From the NCBI GenBank assembly GCA_031285625.1, contig JAITVV010000071.1:47776-111775 (forward strand): 64,000 bases of DNA, given 5' to 3'. Numbering within the stretch: position 1 is the stretch's first letter; each line of letters begins with the position of its first letter. The notes beneath the pieces were generated by a model. The model made no database searches and was not told the DNA's origin. It saw only the letters and a program-made list of their open reading frames with translations. This document shows, piece after piece, positions 49,716 to 60,278 of the stretch. The DNA is from Prevotella sp. (GTDB lineage Bacteria > Bacteroidota > Bacteroidia > Bacteroidales > Dysgonomonadaceae). Position numbers and translations under genes: made by a program.

Positions 49716-50387
49716 ATGAAAAAAGTATTTCTATTCGCATTCATTTTATTAATTGGAATAAATGTTTCAGCTCAGGATTCTCCTTTCAGGTTTGGAGTAA
49801 AGGCAGGAATGAATATGTCAAATGCCACAATAGAGAACAAAGATGCCGATCCGAAATTCAAAATAGGCTATCAGATAGGAGTAACGGTGGACTATAATTT
49901 TACCCAGAATTGGTTGATCCAATCCGGGCTATCTTTTACAACAAAAGGTTCTAAAATAGACGACTTCTATGCCGGGCAAATGGAAGGTGGAAATGGCAGA
50001 GGTACTACACATACATTTAATCAGCAATATTTACAATTGCCTGTATATGCAGCATATAGAGTAAATGTATCTGATAATTTTAACATTGTAATTGGCGCCG
50101 GCCCTTATATGGCCTATGGAATCGGTGGAAAGGTCAAATATAAATTGAATGATGGAACATTTGGAGATGGCACTAATGAGCGTAAATTCAGTACGTTTGG
50201 CAGTGGAAAAGATAATTTAGAACAATTAAAAAAGTTTGATTTTGGCCTTGGACTAAACGTAAGTGCCGAGTTTGGTAAAATAGTTGTAGGAGTGGGTTAT
50301 GAACACGGACTCCTCAATGTCGCAGCATATGACGGCATGAAATATCGCAATAGGAATGCGGCTCTGACATTGGGCTATAAATTCTAA
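49716..50387 (+). CDS. Outer-membrane beta-barrel (porin/PorT-like family)
   Basis: Signal peptide; FGVKAGMN, YLQLP, GAGPYMAYG and C-terminal LGYKF. Confidence 0.85.
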   Translation: MKKVFLFAFILLIGINVSAQDSPFRFGVKAGMNMSNATIENKDADPKFKIGYQIGVTVDYNFTQNWLIQSGLSFTTKGSKIDDFYAGQMEGGNGRGTTHTFNQQYLQLPVYAAYRVNVSDNFNIVIGAGPYMAYGIGGKVKYKLNDGTFGDGTNERKFSTFGSGKDNLEQLKKFDFGLGLNVSAEFGKIVVGVGYEHGLLNVAAYDGMKYRNRNAALTLGYKF

Positions 50388-50524
50388 GATGCCGTCTCAC
50401 CTTTAAATAAATATCGTATCTAATTGTTTAATTGTTGCACATTTTTACTATTTTTGTGCGGTAAACTATTAAAGCTATCAGCACATATTTTATAAATAGC
50501 TAATAATCAATAAATATTATAGAA

Positions 50525-51343
50525 ATGAGTAACAATTTATTAAAAGGTAAAAGAGGTATTGTCTTTGGTGCATTGAATGAGAAATCAATCGCTTGGAAAG
50601 TAGCCGAAAAAGCTGTTGAACAAGGTGCAACTATTACACTATCCAATACGCCTGTTGCTGTAAGAATGGGTGAAACAAAGGCTCTGAGTGATAAACTAAA
50701 TGCAAAAGTTATTGCAGCTGATGCAACTAGTGTAGAAGATCTTGAACAAGTTTTTGTACAATCAATGGAAGCTCTCGGTGGTAAAATTGATTTTGTACTT
50801 CACTCAATAGGTATGTCGCTAAACCTTCGTAAAGGAAGACAATATGATGACCTTGACTACGGATTTCTAGATAAAACATTGGATATTTCGGCTGTTTCAT
50901 TTCACAAAATGATGCAGGTAGCAAAAAAACTTGATGCAATAGCTGAAGGCGGTTCTGTAGTTGCTCTTACTCATATTGCCGCACAACGTACATTTACAGG
51001 ATATAATGATATGGCTGATGCTAAAGCATTGCTTGAATCATTCGGACGTAGCTTTGGATACATATACGGACGTGATAAGAAAGTACGTGTGAATACAATA
51101 TCTCAATCGCCAACAATGACCACTGCCGGACAGGGTATCGGAGGTTTGGATGCATTTTTCGATTTTGCTGAAAAAATGTCTCCACTTGGTAATGCCAGTG
51201 CAGAATCTTGTGCCGATTATTGTATAGTCATGTTCTCTGACCTGACGCGCATGGTTACCATGCAAAACTTATTCCATGACGGAGGATTCTCCAATATGGG
51301 TCTGACTCAGGCAATTGTTGAAGATTATATCGAAAAGAAGTAA
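50525..51343 (+). CDS. fabI: Enoyl-ACP reductase
   Basis: GALNEKSIAW, LHSIGMS, YNDMADAK and NLFHDGG motifs. Confidence 0.93.
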   Translation: MSNNLLKGKRGIVFGALNEKSIAWKVAEKAVEQGATITLSNTPVAVRMGETKALSDKLNAKVIAADATSVEDLEQVFVQSMEALGGKIDFVLHSIGMSLNLRKGRQYDDLDYGFLDKTLDISAVSFHKMMQVAKKLDAIAEGGSVVALTHIAAQRTFTGYNDMADAKALLESFGRSFGYIYGRDKKVRVNTISQSPTMTTAGQGIGGLDAFFDFAEKMSPLGNASAESCADYCIVMFSDLTRMVTMQNLFHDGGFSNMGLTQAIVEDYIEKK

Positions 51344-51362
51344 AAACAACAAGAATACAGGG

Positions 51363-51398
51363 AACGGCTCATAAATAATTATTTATGAGCCGTTTTTT
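51363..51398 (+). terminator. fabI terminator
   Basis: Perfect 32-bp palindrome AACGGCTCATAAATAA|TTATTTATGAGCCGTT followed by T-tract. Confidence 0.85.
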
Positions 51399-51572
51399 CA
51401 TATAAATCATTAATTTTGATTTCTATTAATTATTGAATAGAGATAATGATATTTTCTTTGTCATGCGGAACATAGAATACCTTATGGCTTAACGGCAAAG
51501 TGGTATTCATTCACTAAGGAAGGCAAAATGAAGTAGAAAGAGAATTTGATTAAAACTTAAATACCGATAATT

Positions 51573-52079
51573 ATGAGCATGATTAGCAATTTCTTGCGGG
51601 TGAGTCAGGAAGAACTGGATTCTTTTCTGGAAAATAGTACACTTCTGGAAGACAGATTTTATAATGAAGGGAATGATGAAGACCCTTGCATGCTGGATAT
51701 AGACAAAGCATGGGATGGAATTATTTATCTTCTAACAGGAAAGAGCATACAAGGTATCGACATGTCTGATCAATCGGGTCTACATACTATAATCCTTAGC
51801 GGGCAGCTTATCGATCCTGAGCAGGATATGGGCTATGGACCGGCTCATTACCTTACTCCTGACCAAGTACAAGAACTTAGTGCTACTATATCTAAAGAAA
51901 CCAGAGAAAGTATGCTTTCCAGATTCAAACCTGCAGATATGCATGATGTGTACCCAACTATCTGGGAAGAAGAGGGCGAAGAAGCATTCGACTATGTTTT
52001 TGCAAATTTCCAGGAATTACAAAAATTTTATGCTCAGGCGGCGAAAGAAAATCAGGCCGTTATATCTATACTTAATTAA
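51573..52079 (+). CDS. YfbM / DUF1877 family protein
   Basis: MSM start; LDIDKAWDGIIYLLTG, GYGPAHYL, VYPTIW and FYAQAA motifs. Confidence 0.88.
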   Translation: MSMISNFLRVSQEELDSFLENSTLLEDRFYNEGNDEDPCMLDIDKAWDGIIYLLTGKSIQGIDMSDQSGLHTIILSGQLIDPEQDMGYGPAHYLTPDQVQELSATISKETRESMLSRFKPADMHDVYPTIWEEEGEEAFDYVFANFQELQKFYAQAAKENQAVISILN

Positions 52080-52090
52080 GATCACAGGAT

Positions 52091-52708
52091 ATGGGATATT
52101 ATATTTTTTCTTACGGAATAGATTTTAAAGAAGTTCAGAATTCTTTTAATTCAAAGGATCAGTCTCTATTTGATAAAATACTTGAATCAGAAGTTTTTGA
52201 TACATATGCATCACAGGATTTTGATGAATGCATAACCACTAAGGAGGCTTTACAAAATATTATTTTTGGGGAACCTTATAAGGATAACAATGCACATGTA
52301 TATGGGTATGCCTTCATTTCTATATGTGCATATCTTGGTAAAAGTGTTCCCGCAGGACAGGAAATAAAACTAGGATATGAAACAGACCTGATCAATAAAT
52401 ATTTATCAACAGACTTCGGTATTGAGACTGAAATTGAGAATATACTATTTGAAGATACACCAGCATTAGGTTTGCCTAAGATTGAGGATTGGCCACTGAG
52501 CGGCATAATGCGAAGAGAGGAATTAACTGCCTTGCAAACACGTTTATCACCTATCGAAATCACAGACGAGCAGATCGAAGACCTCTGGGATGGTGAAGAG
52601 GAAGAAGATGAGGACAAGGCCTGTGCATATGAACACATAAAAGGTATCAAAGAAAACATTGCATTCTGTTTAGAGAATAATTTAAGTCTTATCTCTTTTT
52701 GCCACTAA
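52091..52708 (+). CDS. Acidic hypothetical protein
   Basis: 205-aa ORF between YfbM and the Sua5-like gene in the same orientation. Confidence 0.75.
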   Translation: MGYYIFSYGIDFKEVQNSFNSKDQSLFDKILESEVFDTYASQDFDECITTKEALQNIIFGEPYKDNNAHVYGYAFISICAYLGKSVPAGQEIKLGYETDLINKYLSTDFGIETEIENILFEDTPALGLPKIEDWPLSGIMRREELTALQTRLSPIEITDEQIEDLWDGEEEEDEDKACAYEHIKGIKENIAFCLENNLSLISFCH

Positions 52709-52710
52709 AT

Positions 52711-53325
52711 ATGGGACTACTTGTAAAAATATACCCCGAAAATCCGAATCAGAAAGAGATTGACCGAGTTGTATCGATTCTGCAAGATGGCGGATTGATA
52801 ATTTATCCTACCGATACTGTATATGCAATTGGCTGTGATGCACTCAATGTACGTGCAGTGGAGGAGATATGCAAGATAAAAAACATAAATCCGGCAAAAA
52901 GCAATCTCTCCATTATCTGCTATGACCTGAGTAATATCAGCGAATATGCGAGGGTAGATAATGCTACATTTAAACTGATGAAGAAAAATTTACCGGGAGC
53001 TTTTACGTTCATATTAAATACGACATCGTCCCTACCTAAAATATATAAGAATAAAAAGACGGTAGGTATCCGTGTGCCTGATAATAATATTATCCGAGAA
53101 CTGGTTCATAGTCTGGGTAATCCTATCCTTACCACATCGGTAAAGGATGAAGATGAAGTGATTGAATACACAACAGATCCAGAACTTATTTATGAAAAGT
53201 ATCAGGATATAGTAGATATTGTAATCGATGGCGGATTTGGAGGAGTAGAAGGTTCTACTGTAGTAGACTGTACAGATGACGAGCCCGAAATAATACGGCA
53301 AGGGAAGGGTGAATTAATTTTGTGA
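52711..53325 (+). CDS. Sua5/YrdC/YciO-family threonylcarbamoyl-AMP synthase-like protein
   Basis: IYPTDTVYAIGC, LPGAFTFIL, VGIRVPD and STVVD motifs; ATG at 52711. Confidence 0.92.
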   Translation: MGLLVKIYPENPNQKEIDRVVSILQDGGLIIYPTDTVYAIGCDALNVRAVEEICKIKNINPAKSNLSIICYDLSNISEYARVDNATFKLMKKNLPGAFTFILNTTSSLPKIYKNKKTVGIRVPDNNIIRELVHSLGNPILTTSVKDEDEVIEYTTDPELIYEKYQDIVDIVIDGGFGGVEGSTVVDCTDDEPEIIRQGKGELIL

Positions 53326-53406
53326 AGAATCATTAAATACATATATTTGCAAATCATTGGCTTTTGGAGACAAAAATCTACATCATGCCATAATACTTCA
53401 ACATTT

Positions 53407-54948
53407 ATGAAAGCAAAACTCATATTTTCATTACCAATAGTTGCTTTATTGTTACTTCTAGGAGGATGTAGTGACAAGGATGACGATACACCAAAGAACA
53501 CCCAGTCTGATACCGAATATATAAATACATGGATGTATAATAAGATGAAATCACTCTATCTATGGAATGATAAGCTTCCGGCTTCACCTGATTATACAAA
53601 GAGTCCTAAGGATTTTTATCAAAGTATCCTCTATAATTATGGCATGACCACAGGAGATCGCTTTTCTACCATAGAAGAAGATGAGACCAAAAGTACAAAA
53701 ACACTATTTGGTGGAGGTAATCTGGGTTTCGACTATTTGCCATATTCTTATTTTCCTGATGTTAATACCACTTCTTCTTTGATAGGTCTCCTTGTTATAT
53801 CTGTAGATAAAGGGACTGATGCAGAAGCAAAAGGGCTGAAACGGGGTCAAATAATATATGGCGTAAATGGAGCTAATGTAACATACGAGAATTATCTTAC
53901 TATACTTGATAAAAGCTCTTTAACTTTATCTGTTTATAATAAATCGGGAGAAAAAGAAACATTACCGGTTATTCAGGCTTCTGCCGTTGAAAGCTCTCCT
54001 ATATTTATGAGTAAGGTTATCAGTACATCTGGAAAGAAAATCGGGTATCTCATGTATAATGCTTTCGATAGAAATGCCAATGATGAGGAAAACAACTATG
54101 AATACGATATAAAATTAATAGAGAGTATAGCAGATTTGAAAGCACAGGGAGTAACGGAATTTGTACTTGACCTGCGCTACAATCTGGGTGGATACCTTAC
54201 ATCTGCAATGGATTTAGCCAGTGCCCTTGTACCTAATAGAAATATTAAAAATATCTTTGCCATCGAAGAATATAATGATCATTTTCAAGACTCGATAGTA
54301 ACAAGGTATGGCGCAGATGCCTTAAACGAATATTTTCTGGATAAAGTCTATGGAACAAGTGTTGAAATACCTAAATTGAATTTATCACGCCTATATGTAA
54401 TTACAGGTAATTATACGGCTTCAGCCAGTGAATTGGTAATAAACGGACTAAAACCATATATGACAATTTATCAGATAGGGGAAACAACAGTTGGAAAAGA
54501 TAAAGCATCGATGCCTGTACAAGAAAAAAACAACAGCCGTATCCCATGGATATTACATCCGATCATATCCAGGCTAACGAATGCAGACGGTGGGGGCAAT
54601 TATATCAATGGTATAGAGCCCGATTCGGAAATATTTGAGATGTTTGAAGGTTATGAAATGGTAAGTGCAGTTTATCGTGATGATGATGGCAAAGAAATTC
54701 GTCAGTATCTTCCTGTATTAAGTCCATGGAAAGGCGGATTAGGTGAGTTGGGTGATCCATCCGAACCTTTGCTTGCAGAGGCCATCGCCCACATTACGGG
54801 TGTCCCACGTACTAAGAGCGTGAAGTCCATAACACCTCTCGATAATAAAGTAAGACAAGTTCCATATATAAAACAAAATAGAGATCGCTACAGGATGATT
54901 ATCGATCAGAATAAATTTGATAATCTGACTAACGCTAAACAGAAGTAA
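53407..54948 (+). CDS. S41-family peptidase lipoprotein with PDZ-like domain
   Basis: Lipobox LGGC (start MKAKL at 53407); YLWND, DLRYNLGG, TASASE and GETTVGK motifs. Confidence 0.9.
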   Translation: MKAKLIFSLPIVALLLLLGGCSDKDDDTPKNTQSDTEYINTWMYNKMKSLYLWNDKLPASPDYTKSPKDFYQSILYNYGMTTGDRFSTIEEDETKSTKTLFGGGNLGFDYLPYSYFPDVNTTSSLIGLLVISVDKGTDAEAKGLKRGQIIYGVNGANVTYENYLTILDKSSLTLSVYNKSGEKETLPVIQASAVESSPIFMSKVISTSGKKIGYLMYNAFDRNANDEENNYEYDIKLIESIADLKAQGVTEFVLDLRYNLGGYLTSAMDLASALVPNRNIKNIFAIEEYNDHFQDSIVTRYGADALNEYFLDKVYGTSVEIPKLNLSRLYVITGNYTASASELVINGLKPYMTIYQIGETTVGKDKASMPVQEKNNSRIPWILHPIISRLTNADGGGNYINGIEPDSEIFEMFEGYEMVSAVYRDDDGKEIRQYLPVLSPWKGGLGELGDPSEPLLAEAIAHITGVPRTKSVKSITPLDNKVRQVPYIKQNRDRYRMIIDQNKFDNLTNAKQK

Positions 54949-54953
54949 TATCA

Positions 54954-57395
54954 ATGAAAGTAATGAAATTTGGCGGAACCTCCGTAGGCTCTGCTTCCAA
55001 CATAGCAAATGTAAAGAAAATAATAAGTGCGGTAGAAGAGCCGATAGTGGTAGTTGTTTCAGCTTTCAAAGGTATAACGGACAAACTCTTATTGACATCT
55101 AATCTGGCAGCAAACGGAGACTACTCCTATGAGCGCGAATTCAGAGAGATCGTGGAGCAGCATGTGACAGTTGTCAGCAAGCTTGACATCCCGGGAGAAC
55201 AACGATCCAAACTGGAAATAGAAGTAAATAAATTACTGGAAGAACTTAGTAATATCTTCAAAGGAGTATTCCTTATCAATGACCTGTCGCCCAAAACATC
55301 CGACAAAATAGTGAGTTATGGAGAACGGCTATCTACACTGATAATAAGCTATTCATTTTCCGATTACCAGTTGCTGGATGTTACCCAATTAATAAAAACT
55401 GACTCATTCTTCGGAAAGCACACCCCGGATATAGATCTCTCAAATAAGCTGATCAGGAGTGCACTTGATAATTCTTCGCAGAAGATATTGGTTGCAGGCT
55501 TTATTTCGTCATGCAAAACAACTGGGGAAATTACAAACCTGGGACGTGGTGGCTCTGATTACACAGCTGCTATTTTTGCCTCAGCCCTCGATGCTAATAT
55601 ATTAGAGATATGGTCTGATGTGGATGGTTTTATGTCTGCCGACCCTAAAGTTATTAATGGGGCACATGTCATTGAGAACCTCACATTTACCGAGGCCACC
55701 GAACTTTGCAATTTTGGTGCAAAGATTATCTATCCCCCTACAATATTCCCTGTTTATCACAAGAATATTCCTATCCGGATCAAAAATACATTCAAGCCTG
55801 ATGCTCCGGGTACTTATATCTCCCATGACGGAGATACTCGCAAGAGCAAGGCTATGATCAAAGGGATATCTTCAATATCAGACTCTTGCCTTATTACTGT
55901 ACAGGGACTTGGTATGGTAGGTATTATCGGTGTCAATTTCAGGATATTCAGAGCATTGGCAAAGAATGGCATCAGTGTATTCCTTGTATCGCAGGCATCA
56001 TCCGAAAACAGTACATCTATTGGGGTACGTTCTGTAGACTCAGAATTGGCAGTACATGTCCTCGAAGAAGAATTTGCTAAAGAAATATCACTGGGTAGTA
56101 TAAACCGCGTTTTGCTGGAAACCGATCTGGCTACTGTAGCTATTGTCGGTGAAAACATGAAATACACTCCCGGCATAGCAGGAAAACTTTTCGAAACACT
56201 TGGGAAAAGTGGTATTAGTGTTATTGCTTGTGCGCAGGGAGCATCTGAGGTAAATATATCTTTTGTCATAAAGAATAAATATTTACGCAAAGCACTAAAC
56301 TCTATCCATGATTCGTTCTTCCTCTCCGAATTCAAAGCATTGAACCTTTTCATCGTTGGAATCGGAACTGTTGGTGGTAATCTTATAGAACAGATCAGGC
56401 AACAGCAGCCAAAACTGATGGAACAATATGCCCTAAAGTTAAATGTTGTAGGTATTGCCAGAGGCCGTAAAGCATTATTCTGCCGTGAAGGAATAAATCT
56501 GGATAATTATAAAGCAGAATTGGAAGAGAGAGGAATAGCCAGTTCACCCGAAATACTCAGGAATGGTATACTGGATATGAATATATTCAATGCCGTATTT
56601 GTCGATTGCACAGCCAGTGACTCCGTTGCAGAAATATATGGAGACCTGATGTCACACAATATCTCTGTAGTAACAGCTAATAAGGTTGCTGCATCTTCAA
56701 GTTATGATAATTATATAAAACTTAAAAATACAGCGCGTGAGCGTAATATAAAATTTCTGTTCGAAACCAATGTCGGCGCAGGGCTTCCGATTATCAATAC
56801 AATGAACTCTCTTGTTAATTCAGGCGATAAAATCATTAAAATTGAAGCTGTATTATCAGGTACCCTCAACTTTATTTTCAATACGATCAGTGCAGAAACG
56901 CCTTTTAGCAAAGCTATCTACATGGCTAAGGAAAGCGGATTTTCCGAGCCTGACCCGCGCATAGACCTAAGCGGAATGGATGTAATTCGTAAGCTGGTTA
57001 TTCTTACCCGCGAAGCAGGCTACCGGGTTGAACAGTCGGATGTAAAGAAAAACTTATTTGTCCCTCAGGAATACTTTGACGGAACAATTGAAGAATTCTG
57101 GGCAAATATCAGGGAACAGGATACAGAGTTTGAAGAAAGACGGAAGAAATTGGAAAACGAACATAAACGTTTACGTTTTGTTGCCAAATATGAAAATGGA
57201 CAATGCGGGGTGGGTTTACAGGAAGTGGGACAGAATCATCCGTTCTATGACCTTGAAGGTAGCAATAATATCATCCAGATAACAACTGAGAGATACAATG
57301 AATATCCTATGATAATAAAAGGGTATGGTGCTGGAGCCAGTGTAACAGCAGCAGGTGTATTCTCCGATATTATCAGTATTGCCAATGTGAGATAA
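54954..57395 (+). CDS. thrA: Bifunctional aspartate kinase / homoserine dehydrogenase I
   Basis: KFGGTSV, LGRGGSDYTA, ACT domains, GIGTVG, ETNVGAGLP and GAGASVTA motifs. Confidence 0.97.
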   Translation: MKVMKFGGTSVGSASNIANVKKIISAVEEPIVVVVSAFKGITDKLLLTSNLAANGDYSYEREFREIVEQHVTVVSKLDIPGEQRSKLEIEVNKLLEELSNIFKGVFLINDLSPKTSDKIVSYGERLSTLIISYSFSDYQLLDVTQLIKTDSFFGKHTPDIDLSNKLIRSALDNSSQKILVAGFISSCKTTGEITNLGRGGSDYTAAIFASALDANILEIWSDVDGFMSADPKVINGAHVIENLTFTEATELCNFGAKIIYPPTIFPVYHKNIPIRIKNTFKPDAPGTYISHDGDTRKSKAMIKGISSISDSCLITVQGLGMVGIIGVNFRIFRALAKNGISVFLVSQASSENSTSIGVRSVDSELAVHVLEEEFAKEISLGSINRVLLETDLATVAIVGENMKYTPGIAGKLFETLGKSGISVIACAQGASEVNISFVIKNKYLRKALNSIHDSFFLSEFKALNLFIVGIGTVGGNLIEQIRQQQPKLMEQYALKLNVVGIARGRKALFCREGINLDNYKAELEERGIASSPEILRNGILDMNIFNAVFVDCTASDSVAEIYGDLMSHNISVVTANKVAASSSYDNYIKLKNTARERNIKFLFETNVGAGLPIINTMNSLVNSGDKIIKIEAVLSGTLNFIFNTISAETPFSKAIYMAKESGFSEPDPRIDLSGMDVIRKLVILTREAGYRVEQSDVKKNLFVPQEYFDGTIEEFWANIREQDTEFEERRKKLENEHKRLRFVAKYENGQCGVGLQEVGQNHPFYDLEGSNNIIQITTERYNEYPMIIKGYGAGASVTAAGVFSDIISIANVR

Positions 57396-57510
57396 TTGTC
57401 AAATTACTTAGTCGTATTGATTTTTTGTAATAAGAAATATGTTGGAAGATGAGTTTCTCAGATAATCACATCTGAATCTTTTGTGGTTGGAGAATTATTT
57501 CAGCTTATAG

Positions 57511-58235
57511 TTAAAAAACGGAACCTGCAATTAGTATAAGTCCGATTATAATTAATCCTACATATACATATTTATAGAAGGAGTCTCCTTTTAATTTCTT
57601 ATTCAGATACCGTCCCAGAAAAATAGCAGGGAATATTACTATTAGTGAATAAGTAAAATTATTAATTACCTGGTCTGTAACCATCCTTTATAAATATACC
57701 CAAATAGACCTAATAAATTTGCAACTAAGAAATAGGCCTGCAAGGTAGCTCTGAAATATTGCGCATCCCACTTTCTCATATTACCATATACTACAAGAGG
57801 TGGACCGTTTACGCCATAGGCACCGCCAAAAACTCCTGATAAAAAACCACAAATGAAAAGCCATAATTTATTATCTTCTTTAAGTACAAATATATTTTTG
57901 GCAAATAATGAATATACAGAGTATAATACTATCAAAATACCAAGTCCTACTTTTACATATAATTCATTACCATAAAAAAGGATCAACAGTCCAAACGGAA
58001 TACCTAATGCTGCAAATAATATAAGCCACATTGCGCTTGAAAAATGAATTTGCTTGTAATCCTGAATAACCACAGTTAAAGCAACAGTTATTGACATAAG
58101 CACCGTCAAGGGTACGGCAACTTCTATCGGGAGGAAAAAGCTAAGGAGCGGAACTGCTATTAATGCTTCTCCAAAACCAAATGTAGAACGGAACGTAGTA
58201 GCTATAAAGGCAATAAGTAGTATATAAATAATCAT
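57511..58235 (-). pseudogene. TauE/SafE (TSUP) sulfite-exporter family, frameshifted near 57685
   Basis: Frame 1 reads MIIYILL..FGFGEAL..NGPPLVVY..GYIYKG. It continues in a shifted frame as MVTDQVINNFTYSLIVIFPAIFLGRYLNKKLKGDSFYKYVYVGLIIIGLILIAGSVF* to TAA at 57511. Confidence 0.8.
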
Positions 58236-58405
58236 TGTTCGGATTTCGACCTGGTGTTTCTCTGCTAATATACAAAAAATAAGAGGAAAGTACATTTTAC
58301 AAGCGTGATAATTTGTATCTCATTTTAAGCTAAATGTATACAAAAGTTGTTTTTAAAATAAATTATAGCGAATTTTGTATTTCAAAATGAATTAATAACA
58401 TTAAT

Positions 58406-59617
58406 ATGAAAACAATTATAATTCTTGCAGACGGTGCTGCTGATGAACCTATCGCCGCCTTAGGAGGTAAAACTCCATTACAAGCTGCAAAAAAGCCATA
58501 TATTGATATGTTGGCTGCAAAAGGAAAAAGTGGAGAATTGGACACCATCCCTGTAGGATTCAAGCCCGGAAGTGAAATTGCTAATCTTTCAGTATTAGGA
58601 TATGATGTACCAAAGGTGTTTGAGGGCAGAGGTTCGCTCGAAGCTGCAAGTATGGGAGTGGAAATATTGCCTGACGAAATGGCTATGCGTTGTAATCTGA
58701 TATGTGTAGAAGATGGAAAAATAAAGAATCATTCGGCGGGACATATCTCCAGTGACGAAGCTAAAGAATTAATTCTGTTCTTAGCTAAAGAATTAAACGA
58801 TGGAAAGGTTAGTTTTTATCCCGGCGTTTCATACCGCCATTTATTGAAACTAAAGAATGGGAATAAGAACCTTGACTGCACTGCACCCCATGATGTAATG
58901 GGAACACCATTCAAAGATGTGCTGATAAAGGCAGAAACACCCGAAGCTCAGGAAACAGCAGATTACTTAAATCAGCTGATAATCAAGTCGCAGGAATTAC
59001 TAAAAGATCATCCGGTAAATAAAAAGCGAATTGCAGAAGGAAAAGATCCGGCCAATAGTATCTGGCCATGGTCTCCCGGGTATCGTCCTCAGATGGAAAC
59101 CTTGCAGAAATTATTTGGGATAAAAAGCGGATCTGTTATTTCTGCTGTCGATTTAATAATGGGTATAGGTGTATACGCAGGACTTAAATTAATCCATGTA
59201 GAAGGAGCAACAGGATTGTATGATACAAATTACGAAGGAAAGGCAGAGGCAGCCATAGAGGCGCTTAAAAATGACGATTTCGTATATCTGCATATCGAAG
59301 CCAGTGACGAAGCCGGACATGAAGGAGATTACGAATTGAAAACGAAAACAATTGAATACCTTGACAACCGTGTGGTAAAAACAGTATATGAGGCAACTAA
59401 AGATTGGGACGAACCTGTTACAATCGCTATTTTACCCGATCATCCTACTCCGTGTGCTATTAAGACCCATACAAACAAGCCTGTACCGTTTCTGATTTAT
59501 CGTTCGAATGGCACTGCTGATACTGTTCAGGTATACGATGAGTTTGAATCTCCGAAAGGAGCCTATGGACTGATAAAGGGAAAAGAGTTTATGGAAACAT
59601 TATTTAGTGATAAGTAA
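58406..59617 (+). CDS. apgM: ApgM-type cofactor-independent phosphoglycerate mutase family (proposed homoserine kinase)
   Basis: DGAAD, GKTPL, PGSEIAN, GRGSLEAAS, HIEASDEAGH and PDHPTP motifs. Confidence 0.88.
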   Translation: MKTIIILADGAADEPIAALGGKTPLQAAKKPYIDMLAAKGKSGELDTIPVGFKPGSEIANLSVLGYDVPKVFEGRGSLEAASMGVEILPDEMAMRCNLICVEDGKIKNHSAGHISSDEAKELILFLAKELNDGKVSFYPGVSYRHLLKLKNGNKNLDCTAPHDVMGTPFKDVLIKAETPEAQETADYLNQLIIKSQELLKDHPVNKKRIAEGKDPANSIWPWSPGYRPQMETLQKLFGIKSGSVISAVDLIMGIGVYAGLKLIHVEGATGLYDTNYEGKAEAAIEALKNDDFVYLHIEASDEAGHEGDYELKTKTIEYLDNRVVKTVYEATKDWDEPVTIAILPDHPTPCAIKTHTNKPVPFLIYRSNGTADTVQVYDEFESPKGAYGLIKGKEFMETLFSDK

Positions 59618-59622
59618 AAATA

Positions 59623-59652
59623 AAAAGGGAAGATTTTAAAATCTTCCCTTTT
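59623..59652. terminator. Bidirectional terminator
   Basis: Perfect 30-bp palindrome AAAAGGGAAGATTTT|AAAATCTTCCCTTTT between convergent genes. Confidence 0.85.
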
Positions 59653-59664
59653 ATATATCGTTCT

Positions 59665-60252
59665 CTATTTCTTTATCCATTCCTTTTTCTTCTCATCATA
59701 AATATTCATGAGCTTGATCTTGAACCAAAGTGTTGTATATCCCGGAATGGTCTGTACACCACTGCTATTGTATGAGCCTACAGTTCCATAACCAAGGAGA
59801 TAAGGAATACAGACTTCAGTCTGTTCATCAATCTTCATATTTTGCAGCATAGTAGCAAAACCGTCAATCAATCCGTTATTGATATATCCTTTGTAAGGGA
59901 TTCCATTTTTATCGCCTTCGGTAGAGTCAAAGACGTACTTTGTACCATCCAAACGATAAAGCCATCCTTCATACCTCATTGATATACTGTCAGTAAAAAT
60001 AGGATATCTATCTATCGATGGTTTATCCCCAGGAACAAAGTCGGTAATAGATTTCCAATATACGTTTCCGTTCCCGCTAATAGAAGAACGAGGCGAATAT
60101 TCACTATTAGCAGAAACTTCCCTCACCTGTTTATCATTGTATGTCTTCCACTCTTCACTTACTGTGTTATTATTGTCATCATCATCAACACAAGAGCTGA
60201 AAGATACAATTGAACAAATTAAAACGATTAAAGCAAATAATTTTTTATTCAT
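59665..60252 (-). CDS. FKBP-type peptidyl-prolyl isomerase lipoprotein
   Basis: Lipobox FSSC; YEG..DG..FDS, IDGF, IPYLLGYG and IPGYTTLWF motifs. Confidence 0.9.
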   Translation of the reverse strand: MNKKLFALIVLICSIVSFSSCVDDDDNNNTVSEEWKTYNDKQVREVSANSEYSPRSSISGNGNVYWKSITDFVPGDKPSIDRYPIFTDSISMRYEGWLYRLDGTKYVFDSTEGDKNGIPYKGYINNGLIDGFATMLQNMKIDEQTEVCIPYLLGYGTVGSYNSSGVQTIPGYTTLWFKIKLMNIYDEKKKEWIKK

Positions 60253-60278
60253 ATTCTTAATTATGGTTACAAAAGGAG

